Source of the DNA: Flavobacteriales bacterium | GTDB lineage: Bacteria > Bacteroidota > Bacteroidia > Flavobacteriales_F > PHOS-HE28 | Assembly: GCA_026129465.1 (NCBI GenBank) | Contig: JAHCIA010000001.1 | Coordinates: 3,243,583 to 3,307,582 of the forward strand | Length of the DNA stretch: 64,000 nt | Reading direction: 5' to 3' | Shown: one piece after another, positions 33,209 through 43,515 of the stretch | Numbering within the stretch: the first letter of the stretch is position 1 | How the letters are laid out: the number at the start of each line of letters is the position of its first letter | Translations under genes and position numbers: made by a program | The notes under the pieces: model-generated | The model's database searches: none | Told to the model about the DNA's origin: nothing | What the model saw: the letters and a program-made list of their open reading frames with translations, nothing else

Positions 33209-34528
33209 ATGCTGGGCAGCGCTGGGTTCCGGAAGTATCTCGCCAACACATCCTGGCTCTTCGCCGAGCGCATGGTACGACTGGTGGTGGTGTTGCTCAC
33301 CGGCATCCTCGTGGCGCGCTATCTGGGTCCGGCGCTCTTCGGCCAGCTCAACTACGCCACGGGTTTCGTGGGCCTGTTCTTCGCGCTCACCACCATGGGC
33401 CTCGATGAGATCGTGGTGCGCGACCTGGTGAAACGTCCGCACCGGCGCGATGAATTGTTGGGAACGGCGGCCGTCATCAAATTGGCGGGCTCCTCCTTGC
33501 TGGTGCTACTGGTCGTCCTCGCCACGCTGGTACGGGGCATGGAGGGGGTCACCGCCACTTTGGTGATCGTCATCGCCGCATCTGAGATACTCCGCCCCCT
33601 GGGGGTGATCGACTGGTATTTCATGGCGCACGTGCGCTCGCGCGACACGGTGGTGGTGCAGATGACGCAGGTCTTTGTCAGCGCAGGCGCCAAGGTGGCC
33701 CTGGTGGTGATGGATGCGCCACTGGTCTGGTTCGCCTGGGTTTACGTGCTGGAGAGCGCTGTGCTGGCGGTGGGCTATGTGGTGATGTACGCCCGCGCGG
33801 GCGAACTGGTGCGCGCCTGGCGGTACAGCAGACGCATGGCCGGATACCTGCTGGGGCAGTCCTGGCCGCTGGTGATCTACGGCATGGCGCTATACGTGCA
33901 GGCCAAGATCGACCAGGTGATGATCTTCGATGTGCTGCGCAGCAGGGTGGGCGAGGAGGCCGCGAACGAGGAGGTGGGCCAATACTCCAACGCATTGAAG
34001 ATGATCGAGGCGCTCGGCTTTCTTCCTGTGATCGTGCAGCGTTCGCTGGCGCCGGCCATCACACGGGCCAAGGTGCAGAGCTCCGAACTTTATGGCGAGC
34101 GGCTGCTGAACCAGTACCGCCTCATGTTCCTGCTCTTCCTGCTCACCGCCATTCCGCTCTACTTCACAGCCCAACCCATCATGGTGTTCCTTTATGGCGA
34201 GGCCTTCCGTCCGGCGGGCATCCTGCTTTCGCTCTTCGCCATCCGCCTGCTGTTCACCAACATGGGTGTAGGCAAGGCGAGTTTCATCACCAATGAGAGT
34301 CTCTTCAAGTATTCCCTGCTGACCGCCCTCGTGGGCGCCGCCATCAACATCGGCATGAACTGGTTCCTCATTCCGCCGTTGAAGGCCATCGGAGCCATCT
34401 GGGCCACCATCGGCTCCTTCACGGTGAGCATCTTCCTTATGGACCTGCTCTTTCCCCAGACCCGCCGCAACCTGCGCTGGATGGTGTGGGGCATGCTTAC
34501 TTGCTGGCGCATCCGAAACGTCAGATGA
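33209..34528 (+). CDS. wzx: Oligosaccharide flippase (Wzx / MOP superfamily)
   Basis: 439 aa with about 12 TM segments. The N-terminal region is typical of polysaccharide biosynthesis flippases. Confidence 0.75.
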   Translation: MLGSAGFRKYLANTSWLFAERMVRLVVVLLTGILVARYLGPALFGQLNYATGFVGLFFALTTMGLDEIVVRDLVKRPHRRDELLGTAAVIKLAGSSLLVLLVVLATLVRGMEGVTATLVIVIAASEILRPLGVIDWYFMAHVRSRDTVVVQMTQVFVSAGAKVALVVMDAPLVWFAWVYVLESAVLAVGYVVMYARAGELVRAWRYSRRMAGYLLGQSWPLVIYGMALYVQAKIDQVMIFDVLRSRVGEEAANEEVGQYSNALKMIEALGFLPVIVQRSLAPAITRAKVQSSELYGERLLNQYRLMFLLFLLTAIPLYFTAQPIMVFLYGEAFRPAGILLSLFAIRLLFTNMGVGKASFITNESLFKYSLLTALVGAAINIGMNWFLIPPLKAIGAIWATIGSFTVSIFLMDLLFPQTRRNLRWMVWGMLTCWRIRNVR

Positions 34529-35808
34529 AGTACGGTACCGACCCCCACCTGGTGCCGCTTTGGCCCACGCCCGAAGATGCGGCCGCCTGTCCCACCTGCG
34601 GCGCTCCCGGCTTGTCCATTGAAGAGGTGTTCTACCCGGGGGTCCATGTGATGGCGCGCAGGCGATGCGGCGCATGCGGTTCAACGTTCCTGCGTGATCT
34701 GCCCGTGGGTTTCGCGGTGAGCCACCCGGTGACCATCCTGGAGTCCACCGGTGAAGTGGTCGCACCCGATCCCAAGTGGTCGTGGCTGGAGGATCCTGTG
34801 AAGGAAGCTTGCAGGGCACCATCCGACATGGAGGTGGGGATCGAACGCACGGTACTCCAGAAGCATAAGCGCGTGGTGATCCTGAACACTCTGGATTTCC
34901 TCTATGGCCATGTGCTGCTGAAGCTGTACAACGCTGACCACTACCTGCGCCGCTACCCCGATGTGGGTCTGGTGGTGATCGTGCCGCGCGCCCTGCGCTG
35001 GCTGGTGCCCAGGGGCACCGCCGAAGTATGGACCGTGGACCTGGGACTCGGGCGCATGCATGGGTGGTACCGTGCGATGGACACGTTCGTGAAGGAGCAG
35101 CTCCCGCGCTTCGAGCAGGCCTGGCTCGGCCGTGCCTATGCCCATCCGGAGTTCCGGAGCATCCGCATCGAACGCTTCACCGGTGTGGAGCCCTTCCGCT
35201 TGGACGGGTTCAATAGCCGGCCACCGGTGATCACCTTCGTGGCACGCGAGGACAGGTTGTGGTTCGCCACACCATGGCACAAGAACCTCTACCGCGTTGT
35301 GAATCGGCTGGGAATGAAACAGGGCATGGCCGGTCGTTGGTTCGTGCGGCAGCAGGACAGGCTGATGAAGCGTACGATGCGGGCCATCAGCAAGCGGCTC
35401 CCGGAAGTACGGTTCAACGTGGTGGGACTGGGACGCGCCGGTGGCATGGACGGCCTGGCCAGCGATATGCGTGTGACCCGCATGGACGAGACCACGGAGC
35501 GTGCCTGGGTGAAGGCCTATGCGGACAGCCAGCTCGTGGTGGGCGTGCATGGCAGCAACATGCTGCTGCCCACGGCCCATGCCGCCGGTTGCATCGAGAT
35601 CCTGCCCTATGACCGCTATGGCAATATCCTGCAGGACATCTCGGTCCGCTGGCACGATCGCATGCAGGCCTACCTGTACCGTTTCGTGGATGAATTCGCC
35701 CGGCCGTCAGACATCGCCCGACATGCGGTGGCCATGTTCCGGGAGTTCGAGAACTTCCGTGGTACGCATGTCCATGGTGGATTCGCTGAGGAGGACCCCG
35801 GCGTCTGA
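34525..35808 (+). CDS. Putative glycosyltransferase, GT61/DUF563-like, with N-terminal CxxC...CxxC zinc ribbon
   Basis: Start at M14 of ORF 34486..35808, overlapping the wzx stop (ATGA). The C-terminal motif VGVHGSNMLLPTAHAAGCIEILPYD resembles the GT61/DUF563 HGAgLtN...iEi.P signature. The N-terminus has CPTCG...CGACG. Confidence 0.45.
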   Translation: MKYGTDPHLVPLWPTPEDAAACPTCGAPGLSIEEVFYPGVHVMARRRCGACGSTFLRDLPVGFAVSHPVTILESTGEVVAPDPKWSWLEDPVKEACRAPSDMEVGIERTVLQKHKRVVILNTLDFLYGHVLLKLYNADHYLRRYPDVGLVVIVPRALRWLVPRGTAEVWTVDLGLGRMHGWYRAMDTFVKEQLPRFEQAWLGRAYAHPEFRSIRIERFTGVEPFRLDGFNSRPPVITFVAREDRLWFATPWHKNLYRVVNRLGMKQGMAGRWFVRQQDRLMKRTMRAISKRLPEVRFNVVGLGRAGGMDGLASDMRVTRMDETTERAWVKAYADSQLVVGVHGSNMLLPTAHAAGCIEILPYDRYGNILQDISVRWHDRMQAYLYRFVDEFARPSDIARHAVAMFREFENFRGTHVHGGFAEEDPGV

Positions 35809-35867
35809 AGCCCGCCCTTGCCGAGCGGGGGCTATCTTGGCACCATACACCGGCAGTCCGCGCAGCG

Positions 35868-37172
35868 TTGCAGATCTCCAAGCGCAAGCTCATCAACACC
35901 CTGTTCCTGCTGGGGTTTCCGTGCTACGGCATCGGGTTCTACCTGGGGGTGAAACAGGCGTTCACCGCCGGGATGGTCTTCTCGGCCCTGCCCTTCATCC
36001 TCATCCTGGCCATCCATGGCATCGACCTCATCTACCGGGGCCAGGCGCGCGTGATGGTGAACCGTATCTACTGGATCGCGCTGGCCTTCCTGATATCCAT
36101 GGCGGCCGGCATGTGGGTGGCCATGCTGCGCGGGTTCCCGGGCTACAATCTGATCAACACCACGGGGCAGACGATCATGATCCTGATCCCCTTCAACGCC
36201 GCCGTGGTGGTGCGCATCGTCAATCTCGATGACCCGCGATTCGACATGGCGGGCCTCATGCTCAAGAGCCTGTCGCTGCTCATCGGCATCAACTTCCTGG
36301 GCTATGCCTCCGGCATGAGCAACCTGGTGCACAGCTTCCCGGGCCGCATCAGCCTGCCCTTCATGCGGGGCATCTATGACGCGGCGCACCTGCTCTCCAT
36401 CATCAACCTGATGCTGCTGTTCCATCTGCGCGACCCCCTGCGCAAGCCCATCACCTTCGCCGTATTGGGCACCTTCTTCCTGGTGAATACGGCGGTGATG
36501 GTCGATGTGAACAGCCGCCTTTCTTTCCTGGTCTTCCTGGTGCTCACCGTGCTGTTCATCACCCGCGTGATGCGCCGGGCGAGGTACGTCTATGCCATCT
36601 CGCTGTTCACCTTGCCGCTGCTACTCAGTTTCGCACTGCTCATCTACCAGGTCCTCACCCTGCCCATTTTCGAGGCCATCCTGTCCCGTGTGAGCAAGGA
36701 GGATGTGACCACCTTCAACGGTCGCTCCTACATCTGGTACGCCGCGTGGGACTGGCTGGTGAACGACCGACGTGGCCTCCTGTTCGGTGGTGGTTACAAC
36801 GCGCAGCATGCCCTGGGTTTCATGAAGCGCATCGCCAGGTTGTGGGGTGTGGAAAGACCAGCGCTCATACACATGCACAGTTCCTCACTGCAGATCCTCA
36901 TGGCACAGGGTGTCACAGGCTTCGCCTTGATGTGCACTTGCCTGTGGTACGCCTATGATCGTTTCAGGAAATTCTTCCGTGCCGACACCAAGGAAGCCCC
37001 GCTATTCGCGGCGGTGGTCTACCTGCTCTTCATCTGGCAGGTGGACATCTTCTGCTATGGCCTGGACTTCGGCATTCCGATACTCTTCTGCATGCTCGCC
37101 TACATCGCCGTGGACACCGCACCGTCCAGGCAGGGTGGCGTGGTCGCCGGTCCGGCCGTTGGAGGTGCCTGA
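35868..37172 (+). CDS. O-antigen polymerase / ligase-family membrane protein (Wzy-like)
   Basis: 434 aa with about 10-12 TM segments. The O-antigen-ligase-like loop is HMHSSSLQILMAQGVTG. The ORF begins with TTG at 35868 and the true start is uncertain. Confidence 0.65.
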   Translation: MQISKRKLINTLFLLGFPCYGIGFYLGVKQAFTAGMVFSALPFILILAIHGIDLIYRGQARVMVNRIYWIALAFLISMAAGMWVAMLRGFPGYNLINTTGQTIMILIPFNAAVVVRIVNLDDPRFDMAGLMLKSLSLLIGINFLGYASGMSNLVHSFPGRISLPFMRGIYDAAHLLSIINLMLLFHLRDPLRKPITFAVLGTFFLVNTAVMVDVNSRLSFLVFLVLTVLFITRVMRRARYVYAISLFTLPLLLSFALLIYQVLTLPIFEAILSRVSKEDVTTFNGRSYIWYAAWDWLVNDRRGLLFGGGYNAQHALGFMKRIARLWGVERPALIHMHSSSLQILMAQGVTGFALMCTCLWYAYDRFRKFFRADTKEAPLFAAVVYLLFIWQVDIFCYGLDFGIPILFCMLAYIAVDTAPSRQGGVVAGPAVGGA

Positions 37173-37182
37173 TGCGGCCTGC

Positions 37183-38331
37183 TCAGGCCACCCGCGAGCG
37201 CCTTGTTTCAACGATGCCCGTGAGCTGGGCGATCACCACGCTCCAAGCCAGGCGCCGCTCATAGTCCGTCCGGGTGGACCGGGCCAATGCCACATACTGG
37301 TCCGCGTCGGACCAGGTGTCGCCTATCCAGGCCGCCATGGCGCCCGCGGTGGAGCCGATCTCGAACATCTGACCATTGACCCCGGAACGCACCACGGTGG
37401 GCACACCTCCCACGTTGAGCGCGACACTGGGAAGGCCATATGTGGCGGCCTCAGCGTACACCATGCCATAGCATTCCGCCTTGGAAGGCACCACCAGGAA
37501 ATGGGAGCCGTGCAAGGCTTCCAGTATGGTGGCCAGGTGCGCCGGATCATCCTTGTTCAACAGACCCTCCACCTTGATGCCGTCCAGGTCCCCGGTCAGC
37601 TTCGGTTCAGTGCCGATGATGACCAGTTGTGAAGGTACGCCCCGCTTCCGCAACTCGCGGTGGATCCGCACCACCAGATCGCCCTGTTTGCGTTCCCAAT
37701 CGTAGCCGATGTAGAGCAGCCGGCAGCGATCGCGCCGCCGCTCCGTGATGGCCCGCATCACGTCCCCGTGCTCCGGTATCTGGTCCAGGTTCGGTCCGAA
37801 GGGGACCACATGCGTCTTCGCTGGATCGGCACCGTGCCGTTCAATGGCCGACCGCGCCGCCCATTCCGAGGAATAGAAGGCCAGATCGGCCTTGCGAAGA
37901 GCTTTGGCTTCGAGCTCCATGCCGTTCCGGATGGTCTCGCGGGCAAGCCGTGAAAATTCCGGATAGAACCCGATCATCCCGGCGAAGGTGGCATCGGTCC
38001 AGAAGGCGATGGGCGCGTTGGTCCGCAGGTAGGGCACGGGCAGCGAACTGGAAGCCAGCACCAGGTCCGGGTCCAGTCCCTTCAGCTGCGCGGAGACCGA
38101 CTCGCACAATTCCTGCACGACACTTTCCTGGCGTTCGGTCTGGAACTGCTTGCCCAGTACCATGTTGATGGCTTTCCGCACACGCCAATAGCCCTGGTTG
38201 CTGATGGGTTCCGGCTGGATGCGCGTGACCCGATGGCCGTAGGCCTCCAGCCCTTTGGCCATGCTCGCCGCCGTGGCGGGCCAACTCCCTTCGGAGCGCA
38301 GCCCCGTGAAGGTGACGAACGCGATGTGCAT
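37183..38331 (-). CDS. Glycosyltransferase family 4
   Basis: 382 aa. GT-B fold with the Ex7E-like region (AECYGMVYAEAATYGLPSV). Confidence 0.8.
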   Translation of the reverse strand: MHIAFVTFTGLRSEGSWPATAASMAKGLEAYGHRVTRIQPEPISNQGYWRVRKAINMVLGKQFQTERQESVVQELCESVSAQLKGLDPDLVLASSSLPVPYLRTNAPIAFWTDATFAGMIGFYPEFSRLARETIRNGMELEAKALRKADLAFYSSEWAARSAIERHGADPAKTHVVPFGPNLDQIPEHGDVMRAITERRRDRCRLLYIGYDWERKQGDLVVRIHRELRKRGVPSQLVIIGTEPKLTGDLDGIKVEGLLNKDDPAHLATILEALHGSHFLVVPSKAECYGMVYAEAATYGLPSVALNVGGVPTVVRSGVNGQMFEIGSTAGAMAAWIGDTWSDADQYVALARSTRTDYERRLAWSVVIAQLTGIVETRRSRVA

Positions 38332-38430
38332 GCCGGTCTGGACGTACCTGGTGTCAGGTCAAATGTAGGTGCCCCCCATTCGTCGCGATTCCATCGCCTG
38401 TAACGGTCCCTGGCAGGGATATGTGTTTTC

Positions 38431-41175
38431 CTATTGTTCCACCATGATCCTCGCGCGGTGCGACAGCGGACCTTCATGCATCACCAAGTGGTACAAGCCG
38501 CTCATCAGTGATCCCTCCACGATGAGACCCTGACCACCGGCGGATACCATGCCCCTCCAGGCTTCACGTCCGGCGGCATCGAACAGTTGGGCCATGGCGG
38601 CATGCTCCATGGGTCGGCCGAAGCGCAACTCAGTGCCGGCCTTCACGGGATTCGGATGCACATGGAACAGGACATTGGCGCCGGGAGTATCCTCCGCACC
38701 GGTGGAAATGCCGCATACGACATCGTCCTCCTGGATCAGCACGATGCCGGTGAAGGGTTGCAGGGCGATGCTGTTGCTGTAGGTGGTGCCGTTCACATCG
38801 CTCCAGCAGCCGTCCAATGGGAAGTTCTGGAGGTTGGTGGTCTCATTGAAGAGCAGGATGTGCCGCTCGTAGGGGTCGATCGGTTGCACCTGCACGCGCT
38901 GCAGGCTCACGTTGTCCAGCCAGTAGGTGGGTTCCGTGTAGTGGTTGATGAATTGTACACGGGCGCCTTCGGTACGGTCGCTTTGGAAGAAGATCTCCAG
39001 GTCGCGGCGTTCATTGCTGAAGGGCAGTTCCTTGTTGAAGAAGGCGTAGGGACCGGTCATCTGCGATTCACCCTTCACCTCATTCTTCAACTTGCCGTGC
39101 GCGGTGGATTGGATGCTGAGACGCAAGCGGTAGAATTCACCATCGATCAACGGCACCATGTTCTGCTGGTGCAGGAAGAAGATGTCGTAGCTGCTGTTGT
39201 CGGCGAAATGCACCTTCATGGCACCATTGTCCAGGAAGGTGTGGTCCTGCGTCACCTGGGCCTGTGTGGGCCAACCGGTCCAGCCGTTCACGTTCTGGGT
39301 GAAATGGCCGTTGGTGATCAGCTCATTGCCGATGACCTGCTGTACGGCGTAGGGTGACAGCCGTTGCTGGCTCCGCGTGGACCCGACGTCCTCGCCGCGC
39401 TCCTGCTGCCAGCGCTCCAAGGTGTATCGGCGGTGCTCGCCCGTGGCGAAGTAGCGCACCATGATGCTCAGTTCGTCGTAGGGATGGAAGAAGCGGTTGT
39501 TGCTGAAGGTGCCGAAGTCCACATCATTGGGCGAGTACACGTTGAACTGGCGCATGCACAGCTGCTCTGGCCGCACGCTGAACATCACATTGCCCGAGTA
39601 GATGGTGTTGTAGGCGGGCACGTGGAAGGGCGGGGTGGAGCCCGGGCCGTTGTTGTTGGAATAGTCGGAGAGGCTCAGTTGCACCGCGTTGTCGAAGAGC
39701 ACGTTGTTGCGGATGATGTTGCCCGCCGAGAGCATGGTGTGGTCCACATGGATGCCCGCCCCGTCGCAGCGCGTCACCACGTTGCGCTCCACGGTGGTGT
39801 TCACGATGTAGGTGTTGCCGAAGTAGATGCCGAAGCCTATCCTGTAGTAGGCGTAGTGCTGGGTGGCCACGCTTTCCAGGTCGCACACCATCTCATCCAC
39901 GATGTTGTCGCGCACGATCACACCGTCCGCATTGTCGAAGGTGATGGCGGCCCCGTCGTTGAGGATGGAGGTGGCACGGCGCACCACGTTGCGTTCCACC
40001 AGGCCGTTGTTGGTGGTGCCGATGCCCAGGTACCCGATGTTCTCCAAGCGGTTGTCACGCACAACGTGGCCATTGCCGGAGATGACGATACCGAAATAGC
40101 CCCAGCCATCCTCGCCCTGGCCGGGCACGATCGCGATGTCCGTCAACGTATTGTTGGCCACGAGGGTGTTGGGCTCGCCATAAATGCTGATGGCCGTGGC
40201 GTAGGTGTCGTGGATGGTATTGTTGATGTACTGGTTGTTGCTGCCGCTGCTGGAAACGGCCTTGTAGCAATAGCGGAAGGTGCAGTTGGTCACCACCACA
40301 TGGTGGGCCACCTCCGTGCTGATGCCCGCGGCGGTCTGCCCCTGGAAGGTCATGTTCTCGATACGGATGTGCTGGCGCTGCCAGCCGGGCACGAAGCCGT
40401 GGTTCACCGTGGAGGCGAGCACCTGCGCGCTGTTGGGATTGGCGTTGCCCGGCAGCCACACGTACAATTGGTTGGTGGCGGCGTCATGGTACCATTCGCC
40501 TGGCGCGTCAAGGGCGGCCAGGCTGTTCTGGATGAAGAAGCCCCAGTCGTGCGTGCCGGGGTTGAGGCCGATCTGCGAGATGTAGAGCGTGCCGTTGCTG
40601 TGGTTGTTGATGTTGGCCTTTTCGTAGGACCAGTTGCTGGTGCGGATGACGATCTGCGCGCCGTTCCATTGGCCGTTGGGCTGGTCCAACTGGGCCGGAT
40701 TGGAGATCTGCGTGTTGGTGCCCTGCGCGTTGCGGAGCCAGCCGCTGTTGGGGAAGCGCGCCAGCGTGAGAGGCTGTCCATTCACGATGACATACTTGGG
40801 CGCAGTGGTGAGCGTGGCCCGCCAGATGTTTCCCTGGTGCTGCACCCAGTTCGCCACTGGGTAGCCGCCGGAGATCACCGGGTTCTCGCCCGTGCCATAG
40901 GCGCCGAAGACGATCGGGTTGTTGGCAGTACCGTTGGCGTTCAGGTGCAGGATGCCGGGGTAGACCCCCCCGCGCTGGAACATGATCTTGTCACCGGGCT
41001 GCATCCCCTGGGTCACCTGTTGCGCCCGCTGGAGCGTTTGCCAGGGGGTGTTCTGCGAGGTGCCGTTGTTGGCGTCGTTGCCGTTGGGCGATACGTAATA
41101 GGTCACCGCGCCGGCCAGCGAGGGCCAAAGGATGACGGTGAGCGGCAGCAGCTTGCGGAGTATCGATCGGCCCAT
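38431..41175 (-). CDS. T9SS-secreted right-handed parallel beta-helix protein (pectate-lyase fold; putative polysaccharide lyase, hydrolase or epimerase)
   Basis: ORF 38431..41367 with the start moved to M65 (MGRSILRKLLPLTVILWPSLAGA signal peptide). Many PbH1-like repeats (NNTIHDT, VVRDNRLEN, VERNVVRRA, IVRDNIVDE, IIRNNVLFDN). The C-terminal ~80 aa are a T9SS CTD. Confidence 0.65.
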   Translation of the reverse strand: MGRSILRKLLPLTVILWPSLAGAVTYYVSPNGNDANNGTSQNTPWQTLQRAQQVTQGMQPGDKIMFQRGGVYPGILHLNANGTANNPIVFGAYGTGENPVISGGYPVANWVQHQGNIWRATLTTAPKYVIVNGQPLTLARFPNSGWLRNAQGTNTQISNPAQLDQPNGQWNGAQIVIRTSNWSYEKANINNHSNGTLYISQIGLNPGTHDWGFFIQNSLAALDAPGEWYHDAATNQLYVWLPGNANPNSAQVLASTVNHGFVPGWQRQHIRIENMTFQGQTAAGISTEVAHHVVVTNCTFRYCYKAVSSSGSNNQYINNTIHDTYATAISIYGEPNTLVANNTLTDIAIVPGQGEDGWGYFGIVISGNGHVVRDNRLENIGYLGIGTTNNGLVERNVVRRATSILNDGAAITFDNADGVIVRDNIVDEMVCDLESVATQHYAYYRIGFGIYFGNTYIVNTTVERNVVTRCDGAGIHVDHTMLSAGNIIRNNVLFDNAVQLSLSDYSNNNGPGSTPPFHVPAYNTIYSGNVMFSVRPEQLCMRQFNVYSPNDVDFGTFSNNRFFHPYDELSIMVRYFATGEHRRYTLERWQQERGEDVGSTRSQQRLSPYAVQQVIGNELITNGHFTQNVNGWTGWPTQAQVTQDHTFLDNGAMKVHFADNSSYDIFFLHQQNMVPLIDGEFYRLRLSIQSTAHGKLKNEVKGESQMTGPYAFFNKELPFSNERRDLEIFFQSDRTEGARVQFINHYTEPTYWLDNVSLQRVQVQPIDPYERHILLFNETTNLQNFPLDGCWSDVNGTTYSNSIALQPFTGIVLIQEDDVVCGISTGAEDTPGANVLFHVHPNPVKAGTELRFGRPMEHAAMAQLFDAAGREAWRGMVSAGGQGLIVEGSLMSGLYHLVMHEGPLSHRARIMVEQ

Positions 41176-41356
41176 GGTACAGGTTCGTTTGCCGCGTTGA
41201 ACCGAAGCCTGCTCCAGCATGTTCCGAACATTCGACGATCGGCCCTTTTCACCCGATGGATCGGGTTTCTGGCCCTGGCGCGCTTCCACGCCGGTCTGTT
41301 GAAGGGGTGGGCCGTCCCTATCGGGGTGGGCCCGCGATGCCGGGTACTTTCGCGCC

Positions 41357-42490
41357 GTGCGCAACAAGACCGGTCCCCTGCGGGTGCTCGTCGTGGGTCA
41401 GACCCCGCCACCCTTCGGCGGCCAGGCCATGATGATCCAGCACCTCCTGGATGGCCGATACAGCACCATCCGGCTCTACCATGTCCGGATGGCCTTCTCC
41501 GAGGATATGGACAGCGTGGGCCGGTTCGCTTGGCGCAAACTGTGGGTGCTGTTGGTCACCATCCTCAAGGTCTGGTGGGCACGGATCGTGCACAGGCCAA
41601 GGGTGCTCTACTACCCGCCTGCCGGTCCGGGTCGCGTTCCCGTGCTTCGCGATATCGCGCTGCTGCTGGCCACACGCTGGCTCTTCCGGCGCACGGTGTT
41701 CCACTTCCATGCGAGCGGTGTAGCGGATCACATCGGCAGCATGCCCGGCCTTTGGCGTGGGCTGGCCCGCCTGGCCTATGCTCGTCCCACATTGGCCATA
41801 CGCACCGCACCTCAGAATCCTGACGATGGGCAGCGCTTCGGTGCCCGGCGCAGTGTGGTGGTGCCCAATGGGGTGCCCGACCGGCGTGGCAGCGTGGAGG
41901 AACATTCAGCCGTGGAGGGCGGGACCATCACCATCCTCTTCACCGGCGTATTGATCCCCAGCAAGGGTGTGGAAGTGCTGTTGGATGCTTTCACCCGGCT
42001 TGTCGCCAGGGGGGTGGATGCACGTCTCCAACTCATGGGACGCTGGGGCGATGCGGCATTCGAGCGGCGATGCCTGGACCAGATGCGGCAACAGGGCATC
42101 GCGGATCGTGTGGAGATCCTGGGGGTGAAGCATGGCACGGACAAGGACCACTTTTTTGCCAACTGCGACATCTTCTGTTTCCCCTCGTTCTTCGAGTCCG
42201 AAAGCTTCGGCCTGGTGCTCGTGGAGGCCATGAGCTTCGCCAAACCCGTGGTCGCCACCCGATGGCGCGGCATCCCCTCGGTGGTGGAGGATGGGCGCAA
42301 CGGCATCCTGGTGCCGGTAAGCGACGCCCAGGCCCTGGCCGATGCGCTGCTGCGGCTGTGCCGTGATCCGCGACTCCGCCGTGCCTTGGGTGATGAAGGC
42401 CGGCGCATCTTTGAAAAGCGCTTCACGTTGGAAGCCTTCCACCAAGCCATGGAACACGAACTTCTTCAAGCTGGCATATACGATCGATGA
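41357..42490 (+). CDS. Glycosyltransferase family 4
   Basis: 377 aa with a GTG start. GT-B fold; FESESFGLVLVEAMSFAKPVV matches the GT4 catalytic region. Confidence 0.8.
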   Translation: MRNKTGPLRVLVVGQTPPPFGGQAMMIQHLLDGRYSTIRLYHVRMAFSEDMDSVGRFAWRKLWVLLVTILKVWWARIVHRPRVLYYPPAGPGRVPVLRDIALLLATRWLFRRTVFHFHASGVADHIGSMPGLWRGLARLAYARPTLAIRTAPQNPDDGQRFGARRSVVVPNGVPDRRGSVEEHSAVEGGTITILFTGVLIPSKGVEVLLDAFTRLVARGVDARLQLMGRWGDAAFERRCLDQMRQQGIADRVEILGVKHGTDKDHFFANCDIFCFPSFFESESFGLVLVEAMSFAKPVVATRWRGIPSVVEDGRNGILVPVSDAQALADALLRLCRDPRLRRALGDEGRRIFEKRFTLEAFHQAMEHELLQAGIYDR

Positions 42491-43515
42491 GCATGCGGTT
42501 GTTGGTCACGGGCGGTTCAGGCTTCATCGGTACCAACCTGATGGCGCGTTTCATCGACCAAGGCGTCCCGCTGCTGAATCTCGATTGGGCACAACCCCTG
42601 GACAGGTCCCACCAGGCTTGGTGGCGCGAAGTGGACATCATGGATCGTGCTGGGCTGGAGAACGCCTTCAATGACTTCAGGCCCACCCATGTGGTCCACC
42701 TGGCCGCCCGGACGGACACGGACGAGAAGACCGATGTGGAAGCCTATGTGCAGAACCATGAGGGCACCCGCATCCTGCTGGAAGCGGTGCGCAACAGCAC
42801 TGCGGTGGAACGCGTCATCGTCACCAGTACGCAATTCGTCTGCGAGGCGGGCTACCAGCCCAAGGACGACCTCGACTTCAAGCCATTCACGGTATATGGG
42901 GAATCGAAGCGCCTCACGGAACTGGTCACGCGTGATGCCGGACTATCCTGTGCCTGGACCATCATCCGCCCCACCACCATCTGGGGACCCTGGTCCTTGC
43001 GCTACCGGGATGTGATGTTCAAAGTGATGCGCAAGGGTCTCTATTTCCATCCAGGCCGCCAGCGCGTGATCCGATCCTACGGATACGTGGGCAACGTGGT
43101 GTGGCAGATCGAGCGCATGCTGTTGGCTGAAAGAAGCGCGGTGGATGGCAGGGTCTTCTATGTCGGCGACCCGCCTTTCGATCTGAAGACCTGGGTGGAG
43201 ACCGTATCGCGCGAGCTTACCGGGCGGACGGTGCGCTACATCCCGGCCTGGTTCGTCAAGGCCACAGCGCTGTTCGGTGATGCGATGAAGGCCCTTCACC
43301 TTCCATTCCCCATCAACAGTGGACGTTTCCGCAGCATGACCAGCGACTACATCACACCCATGGACCGCACCATCGAGGCTTTCGGTGAGGCACCTTGGTC
43401 GATCGAAGCCGGTGTGAAGGAAATGGTCCGCTGGTACGACGAGGTGAGCCATGGTGTGGCCGTACCTCCGCATCGTGTGGCCAAGCGCATCAACACGGAT
43501 AGCGAGCGGGCATGA
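42487..43515 (+). CDS. NAD-dependent epimerase/dehydratase (SDR family)
   Basis: 342 aa. Motifs GGSGFIG and YxxxK (YGESK). The start overlaps the upstream stop. Confidence 0.8.
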   Translation: MSMRLLVTGGSGFIGTNLMARFIDQGVPLLNLDWAQPLDRSHQAWWREVDIMDRAGLENAFNDFRPTHVVHLAARTDTDEKTDVEAYVQNHEGTRILLEAVRNSTAVERVIVTSTQFVCEAGYQPKDDLDFKPFTVYGESKRLTELVTRDAGLSCAWTIIRPTTIWGPWSLRYRDVMFKVMRKGLYFHPGRQRVIRSYGYVGNVVWQIERMLLAERSAVDGRVFYVGDPPFDLKTWVETVSRELTGRTVRYIPAWFVKATALFGDAMKALHLPFPINSGRFRSMTSDYITPMDRTIEAFGEAPWSIEAGVKEMVRWYDEVSHGVAVPPHRVAKRINTDSERA

